A stretch of DNA of 64,000 nt, from IMG/VR virus record IMGVR_UViG_3300043438_001628; one strand, given 5' to 3'. A program made the position numbers and the translations under genes. The stretch is from an uncultured virus (IMG/VR IMGVR_UViG_3300043438_001628). Its lineage: Duplodnaviria; Heunggongvirae; Uroviricota; Caudoviricetes. The notes beneath the pieces were generated by a model that saw only the letters and a program-made list of their open reading frames with translations, did no database searches and had not been told where the DNA came from. How positions within the stretch are numbered: the first letter of the stretch is position 1; every line of letters begins with the position of its first letter. Positions 25,991 to 36,931 of this stretch are shown here, in pieces.

Positions 25991-27775
25991 TCAGAACGAA
26001 TATACACTATCAGCATATCCCATTCTATTATTTCCAAATGCCGATGGTGTTGGTGAATCTTGTTCTGGTAGGGGTGCCGTGACGCTTATATTATTGGAGG
26101 TGACTTGTTGTGAAGGAGATGATGGCGTTGGATTTGAAAAATTTCTGGTGTTTCTCTCAATTTGTCTCAGATACTTATTAGAACTTTTCATTATTTGCCC
26201 CAATTTAAACATCCCATTATCTTTAGATGATGATCCTAAAAATTTCGCAATAGCCCCGCCACTCTTCATACCCATTACCTCATCCTTACTACTGAATGGA
26301 TATACATTCTTACCTCTTATGATGAAATCTTGCATTTCTTCTTTTGGAGGTGTTGTGTTTGTAAAGAATGCACCAATTGATTTAGTATATTTTTCTGGGA
26401 GTACATTATCTGCAATAATTCCACCCAAGATCCTGCCCCCAATATCCCCAACAGTACTACCAAGAATACCACCTATTAAGGTACCAACGACAGGCACAGG
26501 AATCGCTGATCCCAATGCTGCCCCCAATGCTCCCCCAGCAGTTGTTCCTATCAAAGCAGTCATACCTTGTATTCCGCGCTTTCCAGCTCGTTGTTGTAAT
26601 TCATCTATTGATATTTTACCAGCATCATATTCAGCTTTTAAATTTTGTATATCATTATATGATAACACACTTTCGATTATCCCTCCCAATAGAGGAACAC
26701 CTTTTAAAACTTTTAAAAACTTAGCAGCACCCCCTGCTGATTTAACTGCGCTTGATACTGCTCCAGATAATGCTTTCTTAGCAGGTCCAATTGCAAATGA
26801 TGCAACTGCTTTAGCGCCTGATGCAACTGCTCTACCAGCAGTTTTAACTCCAGACGCTGCCGCTTTCCCCACATTCGAAATTCCTGTTGCAACCACACCA
26901 GCTGCGCTTTTCACAGTAGACACTGCGCTGGATGCTTTAGACTTTATAAAATTAAAAAGTCCTCCAGATTTAGGTGCTGTGTTCGGTGTTGTTGGTGCGG
27001 TGACTTTCGGTGGGGTCTTTGGAGTTGTTGGGGTTTTTGGATTTGCCAATGATGGAAAAAGCATTGAAATACCGGGAATTTTAGACAATATATTTTTAAA
27101 GAATTTACCAACTGATTGTAAAACTTTTAAAATCATGTTCTTCGCAGATGTTAAAAGCTTTTTAACTATATCTTTGCCTTTACTCAATGCATTCTTGAAA
27201 GAAGTCCAGAGTTTTGAATTCTTTAATTTTGAAAATGCATTTTTGAAAAAATTACCAATCGATGATATAACCCTTTTCAAACCTCCCCAAACTCTACTAA
27301 CAACATTTTTTATAACATTTGTTACTTTACCTATTACTTTTTTAATAGACTTTAAAATATCACTAAGTTTTAATTTTTTAAATAACCCCGATAAGCCAAG
27401 CATTCCAAGTAAAGTATCAAGCAATCCACTCGGTGCTTTTTCTGGGGTTATCTGTGCTTGAATTTTTTCAGCTCTTCCCTTTTCAGATGCTGGTTTTTTC
27501 TCCAAAGAAGTTGTTTTTTCAAATGTATCTTTTTTTCTGCGATCTTGTTCTTCGAAGAATTTAGATATAAAAATAGATGCTACTTTGTTTACCTTCTTGG
27601 TTTCATTTTGACTTAAATCGCCGCTTTCCTTTTTACCAAAAGTTGAGCTTTCCCCAGCATTTGATATGTTTTTATTAGCCAACGAAGATGTTGGATCTTT
27701 TTGGAGTGACATATTCTCCAAAAGATCCGTGCTTTTCTTCATCAAGATAACCAATTCTGCTACGATACCATCCAT
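25991..27775 (-). CDS. Tape-measure-like / hub protein
   Basis: Ala/Gly/Lys-rich amphipathic stretches, glycine-zipper GAALG...GGILG; position in tail operon. Confidence 0.55.
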   Translation of the reverse strand: MDGIVAELVILMKKSTDLLENMSLQKDPTSSLANKNISNAGESSTFGKKESGDLSQNETKKVNKVASIFISKFFEEQDRRKKDTFEKTTSLEKKPASEKGRAEKIQAQITPEKAPSGLLDTLLGMLGLSGLFKKLKLSDILKSIKKVIGKVTNVIKNVVSRVWGGLKRVISSIGNFFKNAFSKLKNSKLWTSFKNALSKGKDIVKKLLTSAKNMILKVLQSVGKFFKNILSKIPGISMLFPSLANPKTPTTPKTPPKVTAPTTPNTAPKSGGLFNFIKSKASSAVSTVKSAAGVVATGISNVGKAAASGVKTAGRAVASGAKAVASFAIGPAKKALSGAVSSAVKSAGGAAKFLKVLKGVPLLGGIIESVLSYNDIQNLKAEYDAGKISIDELQQRAGKRGIQGMTALIGTTAGGALGAALGSAIPVPVVGTLIGGILGSTVGDIGGRILGGIIADNVLPEKYTKSIGAFFTNTTPPKEEMQDFIIRGKNVYPFSSKDEVMGMKSGGAIAKFLGSSSKDNGMFKLGQIMKSSNKYLRQIERNTRNFSNPTPSSPSQQVTSNNISVTAPLPEQDSPTPSAFGNNRMGYADSVYSF

Positions 27776-27796
27776 TATATATATTTAATGCGATGA

Positions 27797-28516
27797 TCAT
27801 TCAAAGAACGATGAATCAATATCCACGGTAATCCCATCAACCGTCATGATGTCTTCTTCGTATTGTCTAACTATTGATATAAAGTTAGAAATATTTGCAG
27901 TTACATCGGCAGGTAAATTATCGATTATTTTAGATCTTTCACTCATTGAAAGCTCCTTGAATATTAAAGTTTCAGTTCCGAATGTGATACTTTCAATAAA
28001 TTTAGGCAATTCATAAGACATGATTAAAGATACATTTTTACTAATATCATCCACAGTTGTCTTTCGGATTTCTTCTATACAAGCTGAAATTATCTTGTTC
28101 TCATCTTTAAGGGTGGGAATTTTCAAATTAATCGAAAAACCATTCCCTTCAACGACAGCTGTATCTTTTTGATTAAAAGGTTTTATATTTTTGATAATAT
28201 CATCCATTTTAATAACAGTATCATTTCGAACCAAATCAGCATTGCTTATAGCATTTTTTAAATGTAGAACGAGAGGTATCTTGTGATACACTTTTAAATC
28301 TTCATTGCCTGTGTTTTCAATTAAAATATCATTTAAAATCTTCAAGAACGATAAAACACCAGCGACACCGTTTAACCCGGATGTTATCAATAGTTTTTGC
28401 TGCTTGAATGATAATGGTCTCAGTTCAACCTCGGCGTCGAACAGATCTATTTTTTTGAATTGTTGACTTTGGGTTTCTAAAATAGAAAGAAAACTTTTAA
28501 TGGATGTATTAGTCAT
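27797..28516 (-). CDS. Baseplate hub assembly protein (gp26-like)
   Basis: ELRPLSFKQQKLL...LKIPTL pattern. Confidence 0.55.
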   Translation of the reverse strand: MTNTSIKSFLSILETQSQQFKKIDLFDAEVELRPLSFKQQKLLITSGLNGVAGVLSFLKILNDILIENTGNEDLKVYHKIPLVLHLKNAISNADLVRNDTVIKMDDIIKNIKPFNQKDTAVVEGNGFSINLKIPTLKDENKIISACIEEIRKTTVDDISKNVSLIMSYELPKFIESITFGTETLIFKELSMSERSKIIDNLPADVTANISNFISIVRQYEEDIMTVDGITVDIDSSFFE

Positions 28517-29318
28517 GTGATGATTTATCTTCAGAGTTCATTTTTTCAACTTCTTCGCTGTATAATTTTATCAGAAATGCAATGTCTTTCGGATTCCTAG
28601 ACATTAAAAAACCAATATCGGATATTCTACTGCTTATAGTGAATATGGTTTCCATTATTTCATCATATCTGTAATAATTATACAGCATTTTAATAAAATT
28701 AAACGCTGAGTTATCAAATACTGAAATTGTTATATCAGGAATTCCCAACCTTTCTTTGAAAATTGTTATGTTATAACTATATTTGTTGATGTAATCATAC
28801 ACCTCCCGAATCACATTATATGGTAATTTTTGGATAATTTCAATCTTCTGGTCATTTGAAAGTTGTTTAAAATTTACAAAATTTCCATTCATGTCAATGC
28901 GTTGAATCATGTCGATTAGAATATCATCATATTTATGATGCATCAATGATGATGGGTAATCGATATGTATTTCAAAGTTATCGATTGTTACAACTCCCTT
29001 AATATCAATTAAATTTTTTATAAATTCACTGAACCAATATGATAATTGGATGTCGATGTTACTGCTGCCATTGCTCAGCGTGATAGTATCCCCAATGAAT
29101 TGTTCTCTCGCTTTAAAAAGTGCAATAAATTTAGATATACAATTTCCATCGCCTGATATCTTAGACAATAGAAAATTATGTAAAATTTCATCTGAATCAT
29201 TATCTATCATGAACGACACGCTACGCATATCTTCGATAGTGAATTCAGAAACATCCATGTTCTCTGAATTTAAAGGATTTGAAACTGAAAACTTCATAGC
29301 TGCTCGTAATTTTGACAC
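28509..29318 (-). CDS. Baseplate hub assembly protein (gp26/gp51-like)
   Basis: Position and weak similarity to the adjacent gene. Confidence 0.45.
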   Translation of the reverse strand: MSKLRAAMKFSVSNPLNSENMDVSEFTIEDMRSVSFMIDNDSDEILHNFLLSKISGDGNCISKFIALFKAREQFIGDTITLSNGSSNIDIQLSYWFSEFIKNLIDIKGVVTIDNFEIHIDYPSSLMHHKYDDILIDMIQRIDMNGNFVNFKQLSNDQKIEIIQKLPYNVIREVYDYINKYSYNITIFKERLGIPDITISVFDNSAFNFIKMLYNYYRYDEIMETIFTISSRISDIGFLMSRNPKDIAFLIKLYSEEVEKMNSEDKSSHD

Positions 29319-29893
29319 ATAAAAGTAACAGACTTTACTTTGAATGTTGTGTCATCGTAATCCAAATCTAAAGATTCCATCTTTGCGGGGGTCACTTTTG
29401 TGAATTTGAAGCCTTTTCGTAAATTCCCCTTATTGTCATATTGTTTAACCACCATCGTCGCTTTCAAAGATGGTCCAGACTCGATGAATCCATTTATACC
29501 AACCGCTATTGACCAAGGTCTGAAGAATGTATGTTCCAAATCTACATTGGTTTCCAAGAAATTAACAGAGACGGTGCGGTTTCCAAAATTATCGCGTGCT
29601 TGCATGATATTAGGTGGTAAAAAACCACCATAATCAGATCCGATAGGGGAGACAGTACTTGAGTATCCTTCTCCCGGCAATGATACACGCTGTGCGACTA
29701 ATATATTACCGTTTCTGGTCATCTCTTCAGGACTTGTAGTGGCTCTCCATTTTTCTTGAGCAGATTGCAGTACAGAATTTATAGATCCTGTACTTACACC
29801 GTCGATACTAACAGACCAAAAGACAGGGAGGCTAAGACAAAACTTAGCCTCCTTGCTGAATGCGTTTAAAAAATCGTTAATCTGAATGCCCAT
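29294..29893 (-). CDS. Tail tube-fold protein (gp54-like)
   Basis: VSLPG, FFRPW, KQYD...F..V.P...LDY. Confidence 0.6.
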   Translation of the reverse strand: MGIQINDFLNAFSKEAKFCLSLPVFWSVSIDGVSTGSINSVLQSAQEKWRATTSPEEMTRNGNILVAQRVSLPGEGYSSTVSPIGSDYGGFLPPNIMQARDNFGNRTVSVNFLETNVDLEHTFFRPWSIAVGINGFIESGPSLKATMVVKQYDNKGNLRKGFKFTKVTPAKMESLDLDYDDTTFKVKSVTFMCQNYEQL

Positions 29894-29923
29894 ATAAAAT
29901 ATTTAATGAGCGATTCGATTATA

Positions 29924-30496
29924 TCACTTAGAAAAATCTTCGTAGAAGTGATATGAGAATGTAGATGTGAATGTCTTAATTTCACCACTACCATCCGCGA
30001 TTGCATAATCAATATTTCCGATATCTCTGATACCAACGCCGATAAGTTTAATGGTTTTGATAACTTCCAGTGGATTGCCGCTGGTTGCGTTGATATCTCT
30101 TGTGCATGGGATAGCAAGCAGATCTAAGGTGATTGTGCTTTCTGGACCCGGCATACACATATTAGCAGTTGTGTCTTCATTGTTGAAAGCGACACGGGAT
30201 GCTTTTTCTAATTTTGTTCTAAGATCAAGAGCTTGATCGCAGTAGAATTCAATACCATATGCGTCGGCGCTGCCGTATGTAGCTCTGCCTCCTAAGTTGA
30301 AAACTTGACCAGCGTAATTGACTGTTTTATTTTCAATAGAGCGGGTTGGTAAGCTACCAGTTCTAGCGTAAACTAGATCAGTCTCTCCGTTTAGATTTAA
30401 ACCGGGAAATGAAATTTGCTTAACTCTAAATAAGAAATCTCTAGCGAATTGCTTTTGAGCTGCTTGAGTGAAGAATGTTTGAATGTTTGCTGGCAT
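29924..30496 (-). CDS. gp19: Tail tube protein
   Basis: ARDFLFRV, SLPTRS, GGRATY, LEK, FSYHFY; downstream of sheath gene. Confidence 0.8.
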   Translation of the reverse strand: MPANIQTFFTQAAQKQFARDFLFRVKQISFPGLNLNGETDLVYARTGSLPTRSIENKTVNYAGQVFNLGGRATYGSADAYGIEFYCDQALDLRTKLEKASRVAFNNEDTTANMCMPGPESTITLDLLAIPCTRDINATSGNPLEVIKTIKLIGVGIRDIGNIDYAIADGSGEIKTFTSTFSYHFYEDFSK

Positions 30497-30541
30497 ATAT
30501 TTATTTAGTTAAATTTGTGATAATATAATCAGAGTAATTTT

Positions 30542-30573
30542 AAAACTGGGGCAGTTTTACCCACCCCAGTTTT
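30542..30573 (-). terminator. Intrinsic terminator after tail sheath gene
   Basis: Inverted repeat aaaactgggg / ccccagtttt. Confidence 0.6.
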
Positions 30574-30581
30574 AAATGTGA

Positions 30582-33311
30582 TTAGATCAGTTCTTGGAAG
30601 CTCGCATCTGTTCTTGTTGCGGTGAACTGGACGAGAATGAACTCTGCCGCTCTCACTGGTTTGATAAAGATGTCTGCTCTAAGTTCGTTATTATCAATAA
30701 CTTCAGGAGTGTTATTTCTCTCATCACATACGATGAGGTAATCGTACAATCCTTGGTTTTGTTTAGCAAACTCAAACAGTGGTGTTAGAGTATTGATGTA
30801 TCGTGTTCTGGTGAACTCGGTGTTCGGCTCGAATAGGAAGTACTTAGAAACTTTCTTAGTCGGTCTTTCAAGAGCTAAGAACAATCTACGAACATTAATT
30901 CTATCAAATGCGCTTGGCTTGCGGCTAAGAGTCTTCTGACCAATGATAACCATACCATCGCTTGCGCTGAATGATACTGGGTTGATGTTGGTTTTATAGA
31001 ACTCATCGCGTTGCTTCTGATTAGGATTGATTGCGATATCAAGAGCTGATGTTGTCAACAATCCACGATTGAATCCTGCTGGAGCAATCCAAGGGAAGTC
31101 ATTGGCATCGGTTCTTGCATAGGTAGCTGCTGCATATCCAGAGAACGGAACCCAAATCTTCTCACCTGAGAATTCTTCATAAATTTGAACCCAGTTTCCA
31201 TACACAGATGCATATGAAGTATTTTCAAGTCCGAATTGATGTCTGATTGGCCAATAAACATCTAATTGGAAGTTTTTGGTTTTATCAGAAAGGATCTTAG
31301 TGTTTCTACCAGTCACCACGATGTGGCGAAGGATATCGGCAATAAACATACAATCTCCGCGACCACCAGTGTTGCTAGGAAGATTACAGAAGTTTTCAAA
31401 CTGGTTGAAAATCGCGCTGTAGTTTCCTCTGATTTCAGTAGCTTCAGGTATATTGAAGATATCGTTTGATGTTCTCAGGGTTGATAGCTTGCTGTTTAGT
31501 GTGCTGGAGTATAGGGTGTCATCGTAGTATGCTGTACCAGCTGCGCATGCCATTGCGAAGATTGTACCAAGACCACCTTCGACAACTACATCAATATCAT
31601 AAACTTCGTCGTTCTTGATAGTTTCAAGTGCGCGATTGATCTTGGTTGGGATGTTACCAACGATCTTTTGTTTAATAACAGTGTCGCTGAATGCGCCCAA
31701 TGGATACAAGTTATCAGCAAATCCAATAATACCTGATAGAGATTGCAGAGTGGCCAACGGAACACCAATACTCGCTGAGATATTGCTGTAGTTGCTGATT
31801 GCTCCATTGGTAAGAACTCTGATTTTCTTCTGTGGAATACCTTCAGCGTTCAAGCTGCTTTCGCGATACTTGTTTGAGATATATGGGTTCACCAAGATTT
31901 CAATGTTTCTGCTGTTGTTGTCAACAGATTCCAAGAAGAATGGAATTGCTGGGCCGCCTCTTGGGTTGAGTTGAGTTCTGAATGTGTCGATAGATCCAAC
32001 GATTGCGTCGTCGAGAACGAAATCAAGTTTGAATGACTCATTTGCATACAAGCTCTTACGAATCTTGAAAACACCAACATTCAGTAAATCATCATCTTGA
32101 GCATCATCGATATTGTAATCGGTGAGGTTCTCCATAATTTCAGAAATACTATTAGAGCCATCTGATGGTGCTGAGGATAGGCTGAACTGAAGAGTTCCGC
32201 TTGGGATGTTTGTATAACCCGCTCCGACAACTCTATTAGAATTTGTTGATACGGTTTTCAGACCCAACACAGCGTCATAATCTGTTGCTGGGTTGATATT
32301 AGTATTGTCTGCAATACCAAGGTAGTAACCTTCAAATTGTCCATTGATTGTGGTTTGGGCTTTATTAAGAACAATAACACCAGAACGTCCAAGTTCATTC
32401 AGTGCAGATAATCCTGATACATCAGCACTTGTGGTGGACCAATCGAACAAGCTACCTTCAAGAGCTTGTCTATATTCAGTTTCATTTAAATTGAAGTGGA
32501 TTGGTTCGCCTAAGAAATAGGAACCTTGTGTTGTATCTAAATTAGTAGTTAAACCAACTCCGAGATCTATAGTTGAAGTGCTGGCAGATATGCCGAATAC
32601 ATCATCGGGATCATCAAGCCCCGGAAGAACTGATGCGCTGGTGGCTGCTGTGAATGTGTAGGGAACATATGCACTTAAATCAATTGTGAATGATGTTGCG
32701 GTTGATGATGTGGATGTAATTTGACCAACAGCAGATGCGGCTATGGCAGCTGTAGTTTTCGAAATTATATTAGTGAAATTATCGTTGCTATTTACAGCTA
32801 CTACAATATCACCGCTTCTAACTGGGCCAGCTCCATTTATATTATAAACTACAGTTCGTTGAATGTTGTCACTTGTTTGGAAGCTAAATGCAGCTCCTGA
32901 TAATGGATTCGCACTCAGAGTTTGGGAGTAATTCAATGAAATTTGGAATGAACTCACAGATGCAACTGATGAGCCTGCATAATTTCTAACAGGATAAACC
33001 AACGCTGAATACTGACTTCCGAATCCATCACCGGAGTTTTCTCCATATGGAAGTCTGAAAGTGTAAATGTTCGCTGGGGAATTTAAAAGTTCTCTAACTG
33101 TGTAGTAGAAATAACGCTCGGAGCTGTTTGTTGGAACACCGTAGATTTGTTCCAGTTCATCGCGAGTTGTTACTTTTAAAACTTCATCAGACGGTCCTTG
33201 ATTTGTGAATCCTGTTACGAAAACGTTTGTCCCAATATTTTGAGGAATTCTGAGAGATAAATCTCTTTCGAAAATTTCTACACCGGGGCTATTTATTGTT
33301 CTTGTTGCCAT
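30582..33311 (-). CDS. gp18: Tail sheath protein
   Basis: SPGVEIFERDLS, PWIAPAGFNRG, GQKTL..KPSAFDRINVRRLF, CDERNNTPEVID. Confidence 0.95.
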   Translation of the reverse strand: MATRTINSPGVEIFERDLSLRIPQNIGTNVFVTGFTNQGPSDEVLKVTTRDELEQIYGVPTNSSERYFYYTVRELLNSPANIYTFRLPYGENSGDGFGSQYSALVYPVRNYAGSSVASVSSFQISLNYSQTLSANPLSGAAFSFQTSDNIQRTVVYNINGAGPVRSGDIVVAVNSNDNFTNIISKTTAAIAASAVGQITSTSSTATSFTIDLSAYVPYTFTAATSASVLPGLDDPDDVFGISASTSTIDLGVGLTTNLDTTQGSYFLGEPIHFNLNETEYRQALEGSLFDWSTTSADVSGLSALNELGRSGVIVLNKAQTTINGQFEGYYLGIADNTNINPATDYDAVLGLKTVSTNSNRVVGAGYTNIPSGTLQFSLSSAPSDGSNSISEIMENLTDYNIDDAQDDDLLNVGVFKIRKSLYANESFKLDFVLDDAIVGSIDTFRTQLNPRGGPAIPFFLESVDNNSRNIEILVNPYISNKYRESSLNAEGIPQKKIRVLTNGAISNYSNISASIGVPLATLQSLSGIIGFADNLYPLGAFSDTVIKQKIVGNIPTKINRALETIKNDEVYDIDVVVEGGLGTIFAMACAAGTAYYDDTLYSSTLNSKLSTLRTSNDIFNIPEATEIRGNYSAIFNQFENFCNLPSNTGGRGDCMFIADILRHIVVTGRNTKILSDKTKNFQLDVYWPIRHQFGLENTSYASVYGNWVQIYEEFSGEKIWVPFSGYAAATYARTDANDFPWIAPAGFNRGLLTTSALDIAINPNQKQRDEFYKTNINPVSFSASDGMVIIGQKTLSRKPSAFDRINVRRLFLALERPTKKVSKYFLFEPNTEFTRTRYINTLTPLFEFAKQNQGLYDYLIVCDERNNTPEVIDNNELRADIFIKPVRAAEFILVQFTATRTDASFQELI

Positions 33312-33371
33312 AAATCTATTTAATCTTTATCAGCAAGAAAATTTAAATTTGGCGTTTTTTAAAGATTGAAA

Positions 33372-34538
33372 TTAAATTTGACTATCTCTCCAAGAATAAT
33401 CAACCTTTTTAGGAGGAACTTCTTTTAAGTTGGTAGGTAATATTGTTGTTTTAATTTTCTCAATTTTATCACCCATCACATCAACAGCTTGATTGAAAAT
33501 ATTTTCAATCCCCGATTTATCAGATTTTCTATAATTATATGCCAATTTTTCAAATGAACTTGGTATATCTTTAAAAAATCCTCTAGATAAATCAAAAAAT
33601 AAGTCAAAATCGTAGTCTTTTCCAGATTCCATATCGCTTATAATTTGTTTAAGTCTAGTTTTTAAATATATAGCATCGTTTTCATATCTATTGATATAAT
33701 TATATTGTTCCACTCTTAATTTTATTAAATCATCTATGCTTTTAATTTTTAATTTTTTCAACAGGTTAGCTATTAATTTTTTTACATAAATGGCTTTTTT
33801 ACTGTGTTTTCTCTTGAATTCATTATGATATATGTTTCCTAGAACAATACCGCTATCGTAATATCTATAAAGACCCTTTGGATCTTTCAAAAGTAATATA
33901 AAATTTAAAAAGTCTTTAATTTCGGAATTTGAATATCTTCTAGGTTTGTATTTTTCAGGAAGTTCTATTTTTGATGTATCTACTATATCATCAATTGATG
34001 GCTTCGGATCTTTGTTCTTTATAAAATTTTCATAACCGTCGAAAAATTTAATAGGGATATTTTTAGAATTAGCTATATCTTTTAATTTTTTAAGATCGAT
34101 TAGAAAAAATGGAGATATGTTGTCTTTTTTTTGACTTTCAGATATCCAACATTGTATTTCTAATATATAGGAATCCGCATTTTCAATTACTGGATCGTCC
34201 GAATATAAACGATCCTCCATTTCACTCTTCCCTTCTTCTCTGGTTTTAAATCCAGCTCCGCTCCAATAATCATGTGGTCTTCCTTTATATCTTTGATTTA
34301 ATTTTCGGCCATCTAATTTAAAAATCACACCTGATGGAGACTCTGAATATGAGCCAAGTTTACTTCGAGCAGTTGACATGAAAAATGCCTTTCCACCTTT
34401 GGTTACATCAGCGCCTGATTCAGTGCTTAATGAAAATTTATTAGATTTAAGAATCGACAATGGATGCTCTGTGTAATGCCATACTATATCTGATAAATTT
34501 TCAGTTATAAGGTCTACTAATTCTTGAAATGTCTTCAT
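33372..34538 (-). CDS. Putative internal head protein with ADP-ribosyltransferase-like N-domain
   Basis: MKTFQELVDLITE leader; WHYT...FMSTARS...EMEDR motif order. Confidence 0.45.
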   Translation of the reverse strand: MKTFQELVDLITENLSDIVWHYTEHPLSILKSNKFSLSTESGADVTKGGKAFFMSTARSKLGSYSESPSGVIFKLDGRKLNQRYKGRPHDYWSGAGFKTREEGKSEMEDRLYSDDPVIENADSYILEIQCWISESQKKDNISPFFLIDLKKLKDIANSKNIPIKFFDGYENFIKNKDPKPSIDDIVDTSKIELPEKYKPRRYSNSEIKDFLNFILLLKDPKGLYRYYDSGIVLGNIYHNEFKRKHSKKAIYVKKLIANLLKKLKIKSIDDLIKLRVEQYNYINRYENDAIYLKTRLKQIISDMESGKDYDFDLFFDLSRGFFKDIPSSFEKLAYNYRKSDKSGIENIFNQAVDVMGDKIEKIKTTILPTNLKEVPPKKVDYSWRDSQI

Positions 34539-34541
34539 ATT

Positions 34542-35120
34542 TTATGAATTTAAAAGCTCAATGTGCATTTGACTGTATATAAACACAAATCCAGAAACCA
34601 GTCGCATATCGCCAGATGGCTGATAATCATAGTTGAGCCCCTTTAGAGTTGTTGGGAATGCTTTTTTATAAGTGAATTTGACACGCTTGTTTCCATATTC
34701 ATCCAGCCCATAAATTGTCAGATCTGTCTGATAATCATTGAAGTTTGCATCCACAAATTCTTTTCTGGAGTTATATTGCCCTGTCTTTTCATCGTGTAGT
34801 AAGTTCAACCACTGGTACACAGTCCAGTAGTTATTATACATACTGTCCACCGCAAAATTCACTTCAACTGGTGGATAACTCGCTTTGTTGTGGGATGACA
34901 CATACAAAGTAGATCCAGCATAGCGAACTTCTGTTCCGGGAACTGTTATATCAGGAACTGCGGTTCCCCATATCGTAAACTGAACTGTGTCTGGTATGAT
35001 TGTGTCATTATTACGCACTGATTTAGAAGAAAACTCCTTTAAAATGGGAGGAACATCAAAAACAAGTAAAAACTTGTCCTTCGCTGCTTGGTTTAACGGG
35101 CTTTGTCGAATTTCTTCCAT
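34542..35120 (-). CDS. gp3: Tail completion / tube terminator (gp3-like)
   Basis: VPDITVP, F.VDS..NNY..VYQWL, FTYKKAFPTTL. Confidence 0.7.
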   Translation of the reverse strand: MEEIRQSPLNQAAKDKFLLVFDVPPILKEFSSKSVRNNDTIIPDTVQFTIWGTAVPDITVPGTEVRYAGSTLYVSSHNKASYPPVEVNFAVDSMYNNYWTVYQWLNLLHDEKTGQYNSRKEFVDANFNDYQTDLTIYGLDEYGNKRVKFTYKKAFPTTLKGLNYDYQPSGDMRLVSGFVFIYSQMHIELLNS

Positions 35121-35122
35121 AC

Positions 35123-36895
35123 TTAGAAGTATTTATCAAAAAACGCACTTTCGTTGTCGGTTAGCTCTCTGTAACCACCACCATGCATTGATCCTCCTAA
35201 TGATACCCATCCATCAGCTTCCAATTCAGCGAAGTCACTCGCTTGTTGTGTGGAGGTTCCGAAATAGATAGGAGAAATTTGGCTATTTTCAATACCGTCT
35301 ACCAATTCGTTTGTATATATGGAAGTCGCTGGCTCGAATGATCTGAACAAATGTTCATTAGGTGTTAATTTTGAAGGTTTACCGCAATCATCATATTCAT
35401 CCACAGTGAAGTATTGCTCGACGATATCATCATGCAACACCATCAATGCCCAAACCAATGCCATCGTTCTATCATCATGCTTTCCAGAGATCGCGCCCCA
35501 GCTATCGTTTGGAAGCTTGACGAAATCCTTGAAAACTTCATTTAGAGAGTCTTCATTTTTAAATTGCACCACCATCTTGTCATTGTAGAAGTAACGAGCA
35601 TTTGCAACAGCGTTGTATTTGGTGTTTCGTGATGCGATCATACCCAACAACTGTGTATTTTTTCTTCCTGCTAATTTACTGCCCCAACACACAATTTTAT
35701 CCATGTATCCCATATCAAGTCCAAGTCTGTCAACAACCTGACCACCTTGATTGTTTCTCTCAATACAAGCCAATGGTTTGCCCCAGTGACATAGAATCTC
35801 ATACACCTTATTGGCAAATTCAGAAACCGAAATAGTGTTATCATAATACTCAGCAACTTCAGTGATTTCTTTAAGATCAGTTATATCTAGTATCTTTATG
35901 CAACTGAAGTCGCCTCCGATACCTTCAGCAGTGTCAACACCTGCGACATAAATTCGTCCTTCTTGATAATGCTCGAATATCTTATACTTACCATCCATCA
36001 AAACTTCAACAGGATCAGATATGAAAGATTTCATATAATTGTATGACTCTTCACTCATGGAACCCGTTCCCGAATTTAAGAACTGACATTCAAACTCCTG
36101 TGACCATTTCTCTTCCGATGCTAGTCCGCCTTTGATTTCTTTTACCCATTTCTCATCTCTTCCGGGAATTTCATTCCATAGAATTTTATCATTAGACCAT
36201 CCATTTTTCCCTTCGATAGAACCTGTGTAAATATCGTAGAATAAATTACCAGTGCCATTTGGAGTGGAGCACATGAAAACCTTCGCTTTTTTAGAAGATG
36301 ATACAATTGGGAAAACAGATGCCCAAAACGGGTCCATGAGATGGGGTTCTATGAAAGCACACTCATCAATCAACAAACAGCTAACAGACTGACCACGAGC
36401 CGCTGTACCAGTCGTGGTGGTGATACCTATACGACTGTTGTTTTCAAGTTCCATGCTGGTCTTGGCATATTCAATAACCGGAGACTTTAACCAATTTGGC
36501 AACATTTCATATGCCATTCTAACTCTGCTGAAAATTTCAATAGCTGTTGATTCTTTGTTCGCAACCAAGATGATCCGTTGATCTGGAAAGAAGTTTGCAA
36601 GCCATAGGATATAAATTGTCATAAGCGTACTCTTACCCACCTGACGACTTGCCAGTAAGCAAAAGAATCTATTTTCCATCATCTTTTTCAAAACTCGTTT
36701 CTGAGCTTTGTATAGCTTAATTGGAATTTTACCCTCGTCAACATTTAATATGTAGAAGTATTTCTCACCGAAATGTAATATGTTCTTAGCACACTTTTCC
36801 ATTTCTTTGATTTGTTCCGGGGTATATGAAATGATAGTTCCTTTAGATGGGAGATTTTGATTTCCCATATAAAACTTCTCTTGTTTCTTTGACAT
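35123..36895 (-). CDS. gp17: Terminase large subunit
   Basis: ASRQVGKST, LLIDECAFI, STPNG, QEFEC, GVDTAEG, HDDRTMAL. Confidence 0.95.
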   Translation of the reverse strand: MSKKQEKFYMGNQNLPSKGTIISYTPEQIKEMEKCAKNILHFGEKYFYILNVDEGKIPIKLYKAQKRVLKKMMENRFFCLLASRQVGKSTLMTIYILWLANFFPDQRIILVANKESTAIEIFSRVRMAYEMLPNWLKSPVIEYAKTSMELENNSRIGITTTTGTAARGQSVSCLLIDECAFIEPHLMDPFWASVFPIVSSSKKAKVFMCSTPNGTGNLFYDIYTGSIEGKNGWSNDKILWNEIPGRDEKWVKEIKGGLASEEKWSQEFECQFLNSGTGSMSEESYNYMKSFISDPVEVLMDGKYKIFEHYQEGRIYVAGVDTAEGIGGDFSCIKILDITDLKEITEVAEYYDNTISVSEFANKVYEILCHWGKPLACIERNNQGGQVVDRLGLDMGYMDKIVCWGSKLAGRKNTQLLGMIASRNTKYNAVANARYFYNDKMVVQFKNEDSLNEVFKDFVKLPNDSWGAISGKHDDRTMALVWALMVLHDDIVEQYFTVDEYDDCGKPSKLTPNEHLFRSFEPATSIYTNELVDGIENSQISPIYFGTSTQQASDFAELEADGWVSLGGSMHGGGYRELTDNESAFFDKYF

Positions 36896-36931
36896 ATTAA
36901 GATATTTAGATTTATTCTGTTAAATACAAAC

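Noticed and set aside
26079..27461. 460-aa plus-strand ORF
   Set aside because: Antisense shadow of the Ala/Gly-rich tape-measure-like gene; no promoter box and no recognisable motifs
35123..36895. Intein or intron in the terminase gene
   Set aside because: 590 aa with contiguous ATPase and nuclease motifs
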